DNA from: Bugula neritina
Taxonomy: Eukaryota; Animalia; Bryozoa
Length of the DNA: 64,000 nt
Reading direction: 5' to 3'
NCBI GenBank assembly: GCA_964035545.1
Contig: OZ037765.1
Coordinates: 28,085,504 to 28,149,503 of the forward strand
Below are positions 42,901-56,588 of this stretch, in pieces (the stretch's first letter is position 1; each line of letters starts with the position of its first letter). The notes under the pieces are model-generated. The model was not told the origin of the DNA. It was given only the letters and a program-made list of their open reading frames with translations, and did not search any database. The translations under genes were made by a program, and so were the position numbers.

Positions 42901-45900
42901 CAGCTAGCTGCCATATATCGAGCAAAGACCTCTAAAAAGTTTCAGTCTCCTCTCATACAATTGACAAAGTATGGTATTTTACCAGATATACCTTCTCATC
43001 GCAACACAAACAAAGGCAGTGGTAAGGGTTAGCAGATGTAATGCAAAGCTCGGTTTTAGTTTACCTGGTTTCTGCGGCCTCGTGAAATATTAAAGTTTTG
43101 ACACTAGTAACTAAAGTGATAATTTAAAAAATAGCTTTTACCATATGAGTGTAATATTTGCAAGTATAAAGTTCTGTATTCTGCATTTATTACTTGTGTC
43201 AAGTTCATAATGTAATCTAATTATCCTAAACTGAATGTGTTATAATGACTCTATAAAACTTATACAGCATATGTGTTACCTTTTAAAACAAAGTAGTATA
43301 ATGAGGAGATAATTTTTTACAAGATGGCAGCAGAAATATACCTACCAACGCTATTTCTTCACACGGGACCCACGCGGCAGCGAGTTACTCTACGCCTCAG
43401 TAAGTTTTATGCTGTAGCATATATTACAGTACTACAACATATGTTGCAGTGCTATAACACATAATACAGCGCTATAACATAATTATATTACAGTGATATA
43501 ACATATATTACAGTGCTATAACATATTATATTGCAGTGATATAACATATTATATTGCAGTGATATAACATATTATATTGCAGTGATATAACATATAATGC
43601 AGTGCATATGACATCTATTACAGTTACATGAACCAAGTGTATGCTAAATAATAAACATTATTCACCATATTCTAACATAAAGATCTATAAATTTGTTTTC
43701 AAGGAATATTTTACTAAACATATTCTTTAGGAATAAATAAAACACAGTGTATAATTTGTATATTTTAGACAAAATTATAAAAATGAAGGTAAAATTTCTT
43801 TAATTGTGTTAACAGTTGCATAGTTTTACTAACTTATTTTGTGATTTGTTATACAAAAGTTACCTTTGGAACTGGGCTTAGTAGCCATAAGTAGTAATTT
43901 GAGCATTTATTTAGGTTCTACACATAACCTGGTGCCTGCTGCATCAGCAACAAGTCCTGTGAAAAAGAAACTGAAGCAAAATTATGTTTCAATAAGTGAC
44001 AAATCAGTAGCGGCCAGTGGAACAGTAAATTCTGAGGTTTACACTTGGGAGCAGTTTATAACTTGGGGCAATTCAAAAGCAACTAGTAAAGATAGAAAAA
44101 CCAAATTGGTTTTAGGAACTAAGTAAGTAAATTATATTTCATAAAATAAGCAAATTATTAGTCTAAATTACCATGTATAAACATGCATTATATATAACAT
44201 CAGATTTCGCTTTACTAAAATATGATGCTGCAATGATTGATGTAAATTTTAAGAAATCTTCTAAAGATGCAGACTCCAAGCATTACTAGAGGCATAGATG
44301 AATTTGACAGAAAAGCTTTAGCATATGCTAATTCATCCGCAATGGGAATAAAGAAATCTGTTTCTCACATGTGGCAGCTGATGCGAGGCTCCTTCATCCA
44401 ACGTCTTAAACAATCACTAGCAGACACTGACTACCATGAGAATAAAGCTCGCTCATCAGGAGAAATGAATAACCTAATGCAAGTAATATTATCTCAGTTA
44501 ACGGGCTTTGTGAAAATTTTCCTCCATTTTATCCAATTTGAGTTTTCAATATTGGATCAATCTTTAAATAAAGATCAGATAACTCCTGTTACAATATTTG
44601 CATCTGTCTGAAAATGGCTGGTTAACTGTATGTTTTATACTTGTAAAGAAAAAAGTTGTAAACTTGTGGAAACTGTCAATCTTTAATTAAAAAAGAAAAA
44701 TTCACAATCATCAGTTTTTGTACAGACCAACAGCTTTCCATCCTGTTTTACTTGTTCATGTTTGCTATATGAAATATTCTCATGTTCATAAAATAATCTT
44801 ACCTCATGTGTTATAAAGTAATCCATGTCTTCACAAGCCATAACTGCAATCAGCATTCATAACAAGTTTCACTGGCAGAGATTATCATAAAAAAGCAATA
44901 CCTGTGCATAAATTTGAATTGCTGTCAAAACTAATTAATTATTTCTTACCTATCTTCACCTATCTCCACACTGTCCTGTTTAAAGACAGGTGAGGATTAT
45001 TGTTTTGTCTAAACTCTTGCTTATGATGATCTACTAAGACTTGAAATTTATGAATAAAAATATTACAACCTAAATGTGTGTGTTTTAAAAAAAATATTAC
45101 ACACTTTTGGTTGATTGTTTATTGGAAGTTCATAGAGTTTATTTTATACTTTACTTTTCTCGTCTATTTTAATGCGAAACGTCTTTGGAGAATAAATGAT
45201 AAGATCACCAAAAAGTATGCCCTATGCAAAAATTATATACTAGAATATTATAACTTTTATTATTGAAATATTGCAACAAAAATTTTTTTCAAAGGAATCA
45301 CGCTAAAAACCAATTAATCAAAACAGTACATATGAATATTGTTTACAAAGCATTATAGAAATATTCTTACTTGATAAAATCAAAGAAAATTAGTATATAA
45401 TACATATGGTTGTATCATAAATGTGCAGGAAAAAAACAGGGTTTGATTTCACAAATCCAGTGAGCCATTTGAAATTGAACTGGATGAAGATCACATTGAG
45501 AGGGAATCGAATGATGATTAGAGAGATCAACAAAAGACAAAGGCAAGCTCTATTTAATGCACTTCAACTGAATTGTAACACTTGGTTAAATTTTATAATT
45601 AAGCAATTTATAAGATAATTACTACTTATGCAATAAATGAAAAAAGTATAGCACTTGGCATAATGCCCAATTCAAGGTTTTTGTCCCAAGTTAGAACTAT
45701 GTAGCTAAATAATACATACGAATGTAGTTGTCTTTGATCTATTTTAAAATATATATTCCATTACTTGTACGTGAATAATTATGATGAGAACTTATCACAT
45801 TGTAAAAAATACTTTTGATTTTCTTGATAGCCTATCTTGTTGTGATAGGAAAAATTGTACTTAAAGTGATTTGTTATTGCATTTCCCCTCAATTTATTCA

Positions 45901-48746
45901 TGCAAGTTTTTACACTTCAATCTAAAATATTATATGAAATTTTCTGATGTTGTTTATTAACTTGCTAGTTGCATAATATGCTATAATTATAATTTTCTTT
46001 TCTTCTAATCTGTTAAATAACAAAATATGTCTTTATAGCCCTAATTTTACTTAAGAGCACTTTGTAATTATGTATTATAGTAAGCATCACTGTTGTTGGC
46101 ATATTTGTGTTGTAACCTGTTTTTATAGAGAAGCTTTGTCAAGGTATGAATCAATCATACATTCGAAGGAAATCTCAGATACCACTAAATGGAAGCATAA
46201 ATGGAGTCAACATTTTCAATCAAAAAATAGAGCTTCTGAGTCAAAAGGACCAGATCAATATGTTGAATGGTATGATCATTTACAATATATACTTTATATA
46301 TGCTTTATAAAATATGCTTTGTGTTGTGCGTGGTGATCATGGTGTGTATGTGGGGGGGGGGGGGGTTAAATGTTGACGACTATAAAGTTTCATAAAATGG
46401 AGTGGACAACTACAATGTTGTTTATTTGCATGAAAAATGCTTGCCACTCGTCAGGGTGATATAAGCTGAGTATATGCACATGTATAAAAGATACTTTACA
46501 GAGCCAGAGTGTGTTCTGCAGAGCATTTCACTGTTTATAATATAATGTTTAGACCTGAGAAGTCCGAGCAAGTTGAAAATGCTGCTGGCATTTCAGCATC
46601 AAATATAATTAGTCCGCCCACTAAGTATTACTAGGATTACATAAACCTACTATAATTATAATCACTTATATCGCTCTACTCAATAACACATTTTAGTTGC
46701 TTCAACTTAAGCTTGTAGTCATGTGGGTACTAAGTAGCTTTACTAAACTATTAATTACTGAGCTATCATTGATTATTTCTCTACTGTGTAATCCATTTGC
46801 AGACTACTTCAGATTAGAACATAGCTAGTGGATTGAGTAATTGATAAGTAAACAAGGATTTAAAATACAAACATGGTTATCATGATGTTCAAATGCCAAT
46901 CAATCAACCAATTTTCTAAGATTTTTGCCTTATCATAGAGACACATTACAGAGAAAGCAAGTTTTGCACTGAAATACAATGTTGCAATGTATGCATAATT
47001 TTTACAAAATCCATCTGCAATATATCTTGTAATAATTGCTGAGAAATTCAGCTGTTTTTCTTTAGTTTATATTTCCTAAAATACAGTTCAAAAGATAATT
47101 ACATTCAATAGCTGTAAACTCTAATTAGCAGGTTGTTTGGTGCCCGACTTTTTAGATGATTTATGGCAACTCATTTACATCATAGGAAATGCAAACAATT
47201 AATCTGCAGCTGCTATAAATAGGATTCTAAATTGCTGATTGTAATAAGTCACAAACACAAATTGCAATATTTGCTTATCAAAAGGTAGAGTTAGAGATAC
47301 AGCAAATTTTCAACTTTTGTCGACTGGTTATATGTTATTATTAAGATCACTGGCCAGTAAGTTTGTTTATTTCCTCCAGATTCGACTGCTTTATCCAAAG
47401 CTTGAGCTATCACAGCTTCAATTAGCTGTTGCAGTCAACTAGTGTATTTTGAGATGTTTCAAATTTATTTTTTGACACCTATTTCTAAAATTTACAATTA
47501 TAAAATGCATTTTTCTACAAGCAAGTTTATATGATATTATTGTTTTAATTGTAGCCTAGAAGTACTGTATAAAGAAGCAACGAAAATTCAGCTCCACGAA
47601 AACCCATTAGTTATTCAGTTACTGAATAACATAAAACATGCACATTCTGATGATAGAATTAAATACATAACAATATTCAGGGGACAGGTATGTGTCAATT
47701 ACCAGCTGCTAACTTTTTATTACTGAAGTTTTGTATCGATCTGCTTTAAAGTGAACAGTCGTATTATAATATTTTTCATTTCTTTTGTTGCAGGTGAAAA
47801 TTCAAGCTATAGTAAGATCTTTGCCAGCGTTTGAGTTGTGCACATTACAGATGCAACAAGCTTTACAGGTTTGTTACATCAACCTACTCAGAGCATTAAG
47901 CTAGTCAAGCTGTTTCATGTTGACAAGATTAATTTGGTTGTTTACTAGTTTGAGAGCTGAGAGTTCAAAGTCTTCAATGAAACATTTGCGGCTTAACAAC
48001 ATATTACTTTCTATATTCGTTTGCATCATGTGGTTTTTTGGCTTAGTCAGTCTGCTCATATGTCTTACCAACAGGTGTTCATAGATCAATAATTAACTCA
48101 GCTAAAGGAGAAACGGAAAGCACAGAATTTACCAACAGGGCTATACATCATTTTGCTTTAGTAGTCTACAATTTTTTTGCTATTCATCAAAATAGTCAAC
48201 ACAAATTAGTTTTGTAATGTATAAAGGTGGTTTCGTGGCCCACCCAAGCAACTAAAATCAATTTCAAAAGTTTATAATGGGCATTCGCTAATTTTCCAAG
48301 CTGATAAACAAATTAAAGGTTGTTATTCTTAGGTTTTGATGAATGATTCAATCCTGGAAGTTTTTGCAGACATATAGAACATTAAAGTAATTCTAACATC
48401 AATATTTTGCTCGATGACAGAATTTAAAGTATCCAGAAATCTGAAGTCTTGTAGAGTTATATATTTTACTGATTGCTTGTTATAGTACGTATTAGTTGAG
48501 ATTCTGCAAGGAGAAATAGACATGCTAGTTCCAATGTTTCAATCCAGAGGTCTACCCATTCACCCAGGAGTCTTGGAGAACACCAAAGTTGCCAACTTGG
48601 ATTACATGAAGAAGCTTCCTAAACTGACAGTTAAGGATTACATTGGAACAAACAGGGTGCTGTCTTCCTCCCCACCTACACGCCCAGGGATGAGTAGAGA
48701 CATGATTGGTCGCTTACAGAAATATGTCATCTACGGCACACCTTGA
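39957..48746 (+). CDS. Uncharacterised large multi-exon protein, basic/Lys-rich, no family recognised
   Basis: In-phase GT-AG exons traced at 39957-40103, 40249-40407, 40908-41078, 41238-41333, 41664-41840, then ~42110 onward; further exon-like ORFs at ~42388, 42864, 43916, 44260, 45430, 46129, 47534, 47794; terminal ORF ending 48746 with AATAAA at ~48930. The 3' half of the model is tentative. Confidence 0.6.
43420..43605. repeat. Intronic minisatellite, ~18-23-bp unit (cagtgatataacatattatattg)
   Basis: Visible tandem units. Confidence 0.85.
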
Positions 48747-49413
48747 TACAGCTGACAATATATCCCCACTATATATATTGCCGTTGAAATCCAAGCAACT
48801 ATTGATATGCAATAACTATAATTTATATCATTTAGTGAACTCTACATACTATCCTACAATGTTATTTAGCAATGCTATTTTTATAAGAAGTGTATTAAAT
48901 GGTGCTGTGATTTTATTATAAACATTACAAATAAAATTTATTTATTTACCAGTACTATCTAATAATATTAACAGAAGGTTTATTCACACTAGCTTCAATA
49001 CAAAAACATAAATTCAGTAAAACATATATTATGTTAAAAGATAGATTTCAAAGTAGCACTGATAAAATAATACCAGGAACTGCTAGTAACAGCTAAAATC
49101 AACTTTCTTAATAATAAAAATATATAATTAAATTGCAGAGTTAAATAAAATATTAGTTTTAATAGTAAACCTATTTTATGTCAATACTTTATATTTATTA
49201 TTATTTCAGTTAAAGTTAGTACTTTAATTAATAATAATCATACCATTAAAAAATTCTTAACAGTAGCACTGCACTTACTAAAACTCCTACTATAGAGCAA
49301 CTACTTTAAATAATTTTACAACACTAATATTTTCTCTTCACTAATTAGAATTTTGAATAGAAATTAACTTGAAATGAGTATACAGTAGGTTGAGAACAAT
49401 CTCAACAATATTT

Positions 49414-51834
49414 TTATTCTAACTTGTAAACTAAGCAGTCATCAAATATTTCTCCCTGAGTATCCATTCCTCCATGGACCAGAATCATCTTACAGGTGTT
49501 CACTTTTGAAGAGTCTGTTTCCAGGTGATTAGATGCCCCTTTAAAAATATTTTATTTCAATTAATTTTATAACAAAACATAAAATAATATTACAGTACTT
49601 GATCTTGACATTATGTAATACTTCATTATAAATGCAGAACAATTATTATTGCACTAAAAATATTTTAGCTTCTCGTTGCAACCTTCTTGTGCCTCTAAGG
49701 AAGCACTGGCTAATGATTCAGAAACTTCTTCCACCTGTTTCTCAGAATCCATTTCTATACTCCAAGATATCACACAGCAAGCCATATCCAGTCTTGGAGC
49801 GGGTGGTGCTCCTGCAGCCAGCAATAAAATCAAGCAGTAAATATGCACTAAGGTTAAAGTTATTATTTAATATTTATTTATTAGCCTTCTCAGGTTGAAA
49901 TTTGATAACTTGTTTACTGAAGTTAAAGCCTATTTTACACAACAAGTCAATAATCTATTGCCATATTTTTATTTAATAAAATTAAAAACACACCTTCAAC
50001 TTGACATTGTGACCACTGCATAGTTGAAGTATCTAGTTTCCAAAGGTCATCAAGAGCCATGCCTTCTTTACTCATCCCCCCAAAAATATACAAATTGGTT
50101 CCCTCAGTTACTGCCGCATGGGCGGCTCTAGGTTCCGGTAAATTCCGCTTTTTTATCTTCGGAGTTATCCAACAACCCTTTTCTAAATCTAATACGTGGA
50201 GATCATTATAGAATTTGGACCCGGCCATTCCTCCGAAGCAGTATATCTTGTTTGCTATGACCGTCAATGAGTGACCATGCCTTGGCGACGGGCTTTCCCC
50301 GGATATAGAGAGGGAACTCCACGAGTTTGACGAGACATCATAGGAATAGACTTGCCTATCTTGCACAGGCTCAGTGCCACTTTTACCACCTGAGAATATA
50401 TACACGCAGTCGCCAAATGAGGCTGTAGTGTGGTGTGTTCGGGGAGAGGGTGCTGTTCCAGATGCCTTCACGCTAATCCATTTTTCAGTTTTCAAGTCAA
50501 AATACTGAACAAAACCTTCTGCAATGTTTGACTCTTGAGTTGCACCTGCCAACACGTAAACCCTGTCAGGCTGTGAGGATGGAATAAAGGAGATGTGCTC
50601 ATATCGGGAGTTGAAACCTGGTGGAGTCAGCAAGTTCCAGGAGAGAGTGTTGGTGTCTAAAGTATGAACGTCACTGAAACATTCACTTGGATTGGCTCCA
50701 CCGACAATGAGTACTTTCTGAGTCACACCATCGCTTGCGTCTGCACCTGTAGGAGAAAAGGAATTAGTTAGCTTATTTAATGTACTACACCACGCATATT
50801 GTGTGCTAAAAATCATTTGACCTAGACTTTAACCTGAACAGATGAAAATACTCTAAACATAGTAATGCATATTTCAATATCAGACAATATGGTGGGATGG
50901 TATGATAGCCAGCCATACAAGCTATAAAGTGTCTAATGATGGAAATACAGAATAATCATTCTTATACTTGTGTCAGCTTGAAGCATTTAGTCTGTGACAG
51001 CCTGATATTACAAGTAAGCTAAGGGCTGTGCCTCTCAACATGCTGGGAACATGGTTTGAGAGTCTTTGCTGTGACACAAAAGCCTTTATGATTAAACTCT
51101 TTTACATCTAGGTTTAAAGATTTACTTTCTCTGCCATGCACATATATAAAGCTGCTGAAAACAATTGTGCTTCAGCAGTAGAAGAATCTGTAGAATAAAA
51201 GTAGAACTTAGATAAAACTGATTTTTTTTTTCAAAAACATACATGTGTTAAATGTGCGAAAATACTTGAATTAAAATTTTTTGTCTAACCTCTAATTTAT
51301 TTTTAGTTTTAAAGCTCATTAACTTTGGCAGAGTTTTGAAGATTGAATGTCAATTATATAGACCTGCGACCAGAGCCGATAGCATGCCTCTGTACTGCTA
51401 GCTCATTTTATTTGCAAAGTTTTTCATTAAATTAAACCACAATCTGTGATTAACATCAGTTTTTTATTAGAAAGTTACAAAAACAAGCATTTATCTTAAT
51501 GAAAATGACAGAGATCAGGTATATGACCAAAAATATATTTAAAAACATGTCCCTTCCAAAATCTCTGTACAAATTAGGTTCTAGATTTTATTCAGACTCC
51601 ATTGTACAAAAATAGTTTAAAAGAAGATGCTACAAACATTTTTGGTGATAAAAAGATCTTGAACTAATTTTAATGTTATTCAACCACCAAATAAATTATG
51701 TATGAAGTCTTACTTGCTATAGACACAGATGTGTGACCGACTCTAAGAGATGGGCGATCACCAAATGCAGACACGACATACCAGAGACTAGATTTGGGGA
51801 TAACATTCTCTTCTAGTACAGGGTGTAGCTCCAT
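49414..51834 (-). CDS. RABEPK: Rab9 effector protein with kelch motifs (p40)
   Basis: Exons 51834-51714, 50746-~49994, ~49812-49684, 49538-49414. N-terminus MELHPVLEE...WYVV...RVGHTS, kelch repeats (IVGGANP, PSPRTHH, PSPRHGHS, FGGMAG), C-terminus HGGMDTQGEIFDDCLVY. Confidence 0.9.
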
Positions 51835-51836
51835 CT

Positions 51837-52061
51837 CTATAAGATAGCACAGATCGTAGATTCAACCAATTTAGTGGCTGTTTCACTCTGCTTCTGTGCA
51901 TTTGCCACAACTAGATACGGCCCCAGTTTAACGTCACCTGGGTTTAAGGCAGCTTCTTGACGTTTCTGCTGTTTAAATATTCTTGCTGCCGCGTCTTGGT
52001 ATCTCTCATCAATCTTTGTTTCCAAATATTTTAAACGTTTTGAACTGAGTTGGTTAGTCAT
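51837..52061 (-). CDS. Candidate 74-aa upstream ORF/microprotein on the RABEPK transcript
   Basis: ATG-initiated ORF, GC-richer than flanking intron DNA, preceded by acceptor tctttgacag (~52087), ends TAG-AG-ATG(RABEPK). No family recognised. Confidence 0.4.
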   Translation of the reverse strand: MTNQLSSKRLKYLETKIDERYQDAAARIFKQQKRQEAALNPGDVKLGPYLVVANAQKQSETATKLVESTICAIL

Positions 52062-54034
52062 AGATGATCATAGTTGGCAAGTTTGTCTGTCAAAGAAGAT
52101 GTATGAAACATTAAATATCAGACTAACAGCAACAATATGTACAATAATATAAAGGAACATAAAATCAAATAGACAAATTATAACTAACTTTAAAAAAAAT
52201 TTTTTTTTGCATTACTAAGAAGTTAGAGGTCTATCCAGCTTACCCAACATAACATCTAGTTCATAATACCTAATTGAATAATTTATAATACTGTTATGGT
52301 ACTTGTTTGGCAGTTTAGTTTTCCTTCTATTTTAAACCTTATTTTCAAAGTGCACAAAATTTTAGGCTAGAATATTCAAAACACAGTTGAAGTGCATCAG
52401 GTGAGTTAATTTAACAAATTGGCAAATTATACATTAAATTTCGCTGAAAATTTTACCACTATACTAAATATCCACAACTCTCCTGTATCATAAATAATTA
52501 CTATAAATATTTAAAGACACACTGGTGGCAGTATTTAAAATTTTGATTTTACTTTCAATCAACTAGTCACCCTGGTGTAAAATAGTATACTAATCTGTTG
52601 CTATAACAACCATTATAACAAACAAATGAGCCAATACTGCATTGATTGAGAATCAATAAATATTCTCATCCTAATTATTGAACCTTTAATTAACTTTTTA
52701 CTAATATGATTTATGCTGACTCTAAAAAAGACCTGATTAGACGTTATTAGCTACTTTTTCATACTGTAATTCACCCTCAACTCTGTAGAACCTATTCAAG
52801 CATGCAAAAGCATAGAATACCAGAAAATGATAGAAATTTCCAACAATAGATTTCAGTAGAGAATAATCATTGACTGATCTGACAATTTGATGGTTATTTT
52901 TATTACCAGTAAGTGTTTCTTTCACAAGGATGGTTATAACTGTCTAAACAGGAAATATGTCATATGATGCCACTGACCTTGAAAATCAGCAATTCTCTAT
53001 TAATGAACCTATTTTTATTACCATTACTCTTATAGCTGTCATAATCATTACCATTACTGTTGGTAATACTCAAACCTTACCCAAGTCACAGCAAGTTAAG
53101 GTGAAGATAAGGATAACCAAGTCAAGTCATTAGTCATGGTTCAGATGAAAAAATTAAGTCTAAGTCAAGTCTAGCCAACCAATGATTTGAAACAACTCAT
53201 TGAATTTAAATTTACTTGCAGGTGCCTATCAGTATCTAATAGATCGATTACAAATTACAATAAGCAGAAATTTGTAGATAGTTGTACTGTTAGTGTTACA
53301 TGCATTTGATTCATCAGCTTAAACAAAAACAAACCTTAAAACTAATGATTGAACTGTTAACTGCTTTGAAATTAATCTACAGTTATATTGAATAACTATA
53401 TTCATATTCATATTGAATTTTATATTCACTGAAAGTAAATAATAAATCAATAACAAAAAACTGGTGTGCTAGTCACGTAGTACGTAGTAGCTTTAGTAGC
53501 ACTACAAAGAAATTGGTAGATTACCATCAGTTTAAGTTTTAGTTGTTTCACTGTTATTTTATAGTTATACAAAAACATCATAATGATAATCATAATGATA
53601 ATCATAATGTTATGAGTTACAAAATAAAATTATTTTAAAGCTCAGCTGAAGAAGAAATTTCAAAGCTGAAAATATTAAATAAGATATTTAAGATATAGTA
53701 ATATTGATAATAACAATGGTAATGCAGTTATAATGAATAGTCATTACGATTATCATAATCATAATGAACTTTTAGTTTTATCTTCAATTTCAACTTCAAG
53801 TTTTACTTTTAGTTCAACTTCAACTTGAAGTTTCTTTATAAGTATGGAAATCTGTTTAGTTTGACTTTGAGCCTTGAAATTTGAGTTGAAAGCTTACAAA
53901 GCAAAATTTTAAAAATACTATCTATGTATAACATTTGTATGCAATGTTGAATAAAACAAATTGCTTAGAATAAAAACTGATTGAGTTTGGCATCACCATC
54001 ATCATGATCACATTTTTTTACCCTTTTCAAAAAG

Positions 54035-54260
54035 CCATACCGCCTAGGAACAGAGAGGCAAACGCTGCCAGTGCGGGTGCTCATCGTCCACCCTTGGATT
54101 TGCTTGACTTTGGCTATGTTACTAAGCGATTCGCTTCTATACGTATTGCGCGTGAGCGGAGTCGCGATATTTTCTCACCGGGTCATAGGTCATTGATAGA
54201 TTGGCGCGTAAAGTTAGACAGGTGGCAAGCAAATGAGCTGATTCGAGGTTGCAACAATAG
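54035..54260. promoter_or_regulatory. CpG-rich putative RABEPK promoter/first exon with DR1, CCAAT and E2F-like motifs
   Basis: Minus-strand donor GCG|GTATGG at ~54040; GGGTCAtAGGTCA at 54180-54192; ATTGG and TTGGCGCG at ~54200-54208. Confidence 0.55.
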
Positions 54261-54934
54261 TTATAAAAATATAAATAAAGTGATTAAATCATTATTCTAG
54301 TTATTATACAAGTTATATTTATTATAATATATAGCCAGGAGTGCACTTGATCAAACATACTGGAACTGCAGATAAATATTATAGATAGGAGTTTGCTCTT
54401 ACTGCAGGGGCTAGGTAAACAATCGCTTAGTTGACAGTAGTGAGTTAGGAGCAGGGTTTTTATTGCCTATTTGTGGCATGAGAAGTTTTCTCCTTTTGCA
54501 ATAGATCCCTTTCATTCCAAACCCGAACTCCAAACTATAAGTTATAAACTAAGTGAACACATTTCACAACTTTACCAGATGAAGAAAATTTACTCCAGCT
54601 TCATATCTTGGAGCTAAAATGTGACTAAAGTACCTTATAAGTTGCTGGAATTTTTCTATTAGTAACAGATCAAAATATGTGCTCACCACTATATTATTTT
54701 AAAAATTTTAGGTTAACAATAACTGACACTAATGGTGAAGCAAGCCATGGCTGTACAGGTTGAATCTAGTTCAGAAGAGTATTATAATAATATGCTTTTT
54801 TGAAGGTGAACTGAAAGTAGTTGCACTATGTCAAACAATTATATAATTAAATTCTGTGCCATATATGAAAGTCATTTTACTATCTTTTCTTGGTGGCTGA
54901 AAAGCCATTTGAAATGTTGCTATAACAATCCTGG

Positions 54935-55080
54935 TGAGAGTCCTATGGTCTAGCCTAATCTGCACGAGTTCAATCAAAACAGAATTAATATGGTGAGGTC
55001 AGGAAACTGGAAACGCATTGATCATAATTGCTCCTGTGCCACATCAAACACAGCCCTTAGCCCACGTTAAAAACTGGGAC
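54935..55080 (+). mobile_element. Diverged second copy of the SINE-like element
   Basis: Shares tcataattgctcctgtgc...catc...tagccca with 11317-11510. Confidence 0.55.
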
Positions 55081-56588
55081 CTTTTTTCAAGTCATTTAAA
55101 ACTTAGGAAATAGTTTTAAACTCAAACTTCAAGCACTTGAAGCAGCATGGCTAAAATTATTTGCAACTTAATTTTATCCATAGTAAATTTTCTCCAGATA
55201 TTTCGGCCTTCTATTTAAAAGGCTGTAGGCTACTAACATTTTACTAATATCGCAAATTGCAATATTCATAGGTAGTTATTTTTTCACCTGCATGATCTTT
55301 TAAGTTCTATAAATAAGTACCACATCTTCATTACATTATATTTTATAGCCTATATATTGACATTTTGATGACCTTTGTGATTCATCAGAGCAAGAGACAC
55401 ACCTGAGGGAACATGCCTAGGGGATAAAGTGAGTGGTTGTAAGCTATGCTTAGATGCTGTTAACTTTTGAGCTCATTCAATAGATGTGACTTGATTGAAA
55501 TACTAATTTAGAATACTAGATAGGATAGCCCAAGTTTGAATAACATATTTTATTTATTTCCGCTGCTGCGATCTAAATCTACCATTTCAGTAATACTCTA
55601 CAGTAAAGGCACACCACTATTACAACTTTTGGGGGCAACACTGTTCTACACTCTAAAGAGGTTTATACACCCACCACTTAACTACATCTGTGTTTTCATC
55701 TGCTATACAACTTTTATATTATCTATGAATGGGTGAATCAAGCACATTCAGCATGTAACACAATATATTACACAGATGAATCTTAAAAAGAAGTTTTTAA
55801 TTATCTTTAATAGTGTTTTAGTCGCAGTTATGCAAACAACTGCTGCATTATAATAGGCTTCGATGTTGTAACTGATATAACTAAAGTATTGCAAAATTCT
55901 AATTATCAGGGGAGAGAAAAAATTAGGAGTATTTTAAAATATATTATATTCTATGTGTAGAAAGAAAATGTGTAGACCTACAGAGATTTTTTATACAAAA
56001 TATATTTATATTTTGCCTTGACCAAAAGGGTATTCTTTGTTTAAGTTCCAGGACGAAAGATAAAATTATAGATAAATTGTTAAGGACTTTATTATGACTG
56101 AAAATAAAATGCTATCAATAGGTATTAAAAACACACTGAAAACTCTTGCAGCTAGCAGGTATAAACTTTTGCTTTATGTCTTATCACTTTTTAGTAAAGC
56201 ATGATAGTTTAAAAATAAAATATGGAGCTAGTCTGCTATCTACCATAGTTTTCTATATACCATGATAATATTATCATGATAATATAATATAAACATCACA
56301 TTAAAAGAATTAAATTATTAAAAGAATTATGTAAAGTTCATATAATTCACCTAACTATAATTATAAATAACACACATTTGCTTATTTTGCCATTTGTTTT
56401 TTTTATAATATTAATGAGCGCTGCATATATAAATTAACTGCAAATGAAATTAGAAGCATTTTAAAAATAGCATAAAAAGTTAGTTAATTTAAGATCTGGC
56501 ATCTACAAAACTAAAAATGAGTCAACAGAAAAGCTCAGCCAGCATCACAATGACTATTGGACATAAATTAGGACTAAAAAAAATTACA

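Noticed and set aside
52597-52610. X-box-like GTTGCTATAACAAC in the RABEPK 5' intron
   Set aside because: Similar GTTGCTAT words recur elsewhere (e.g. ~15456, ~54916) and there is no supporting context.
54004-54300. 98-aa ORF
   Set aside because: Coincides with a CpG-rich promoter-like region; no recognisable protein or linked exons.
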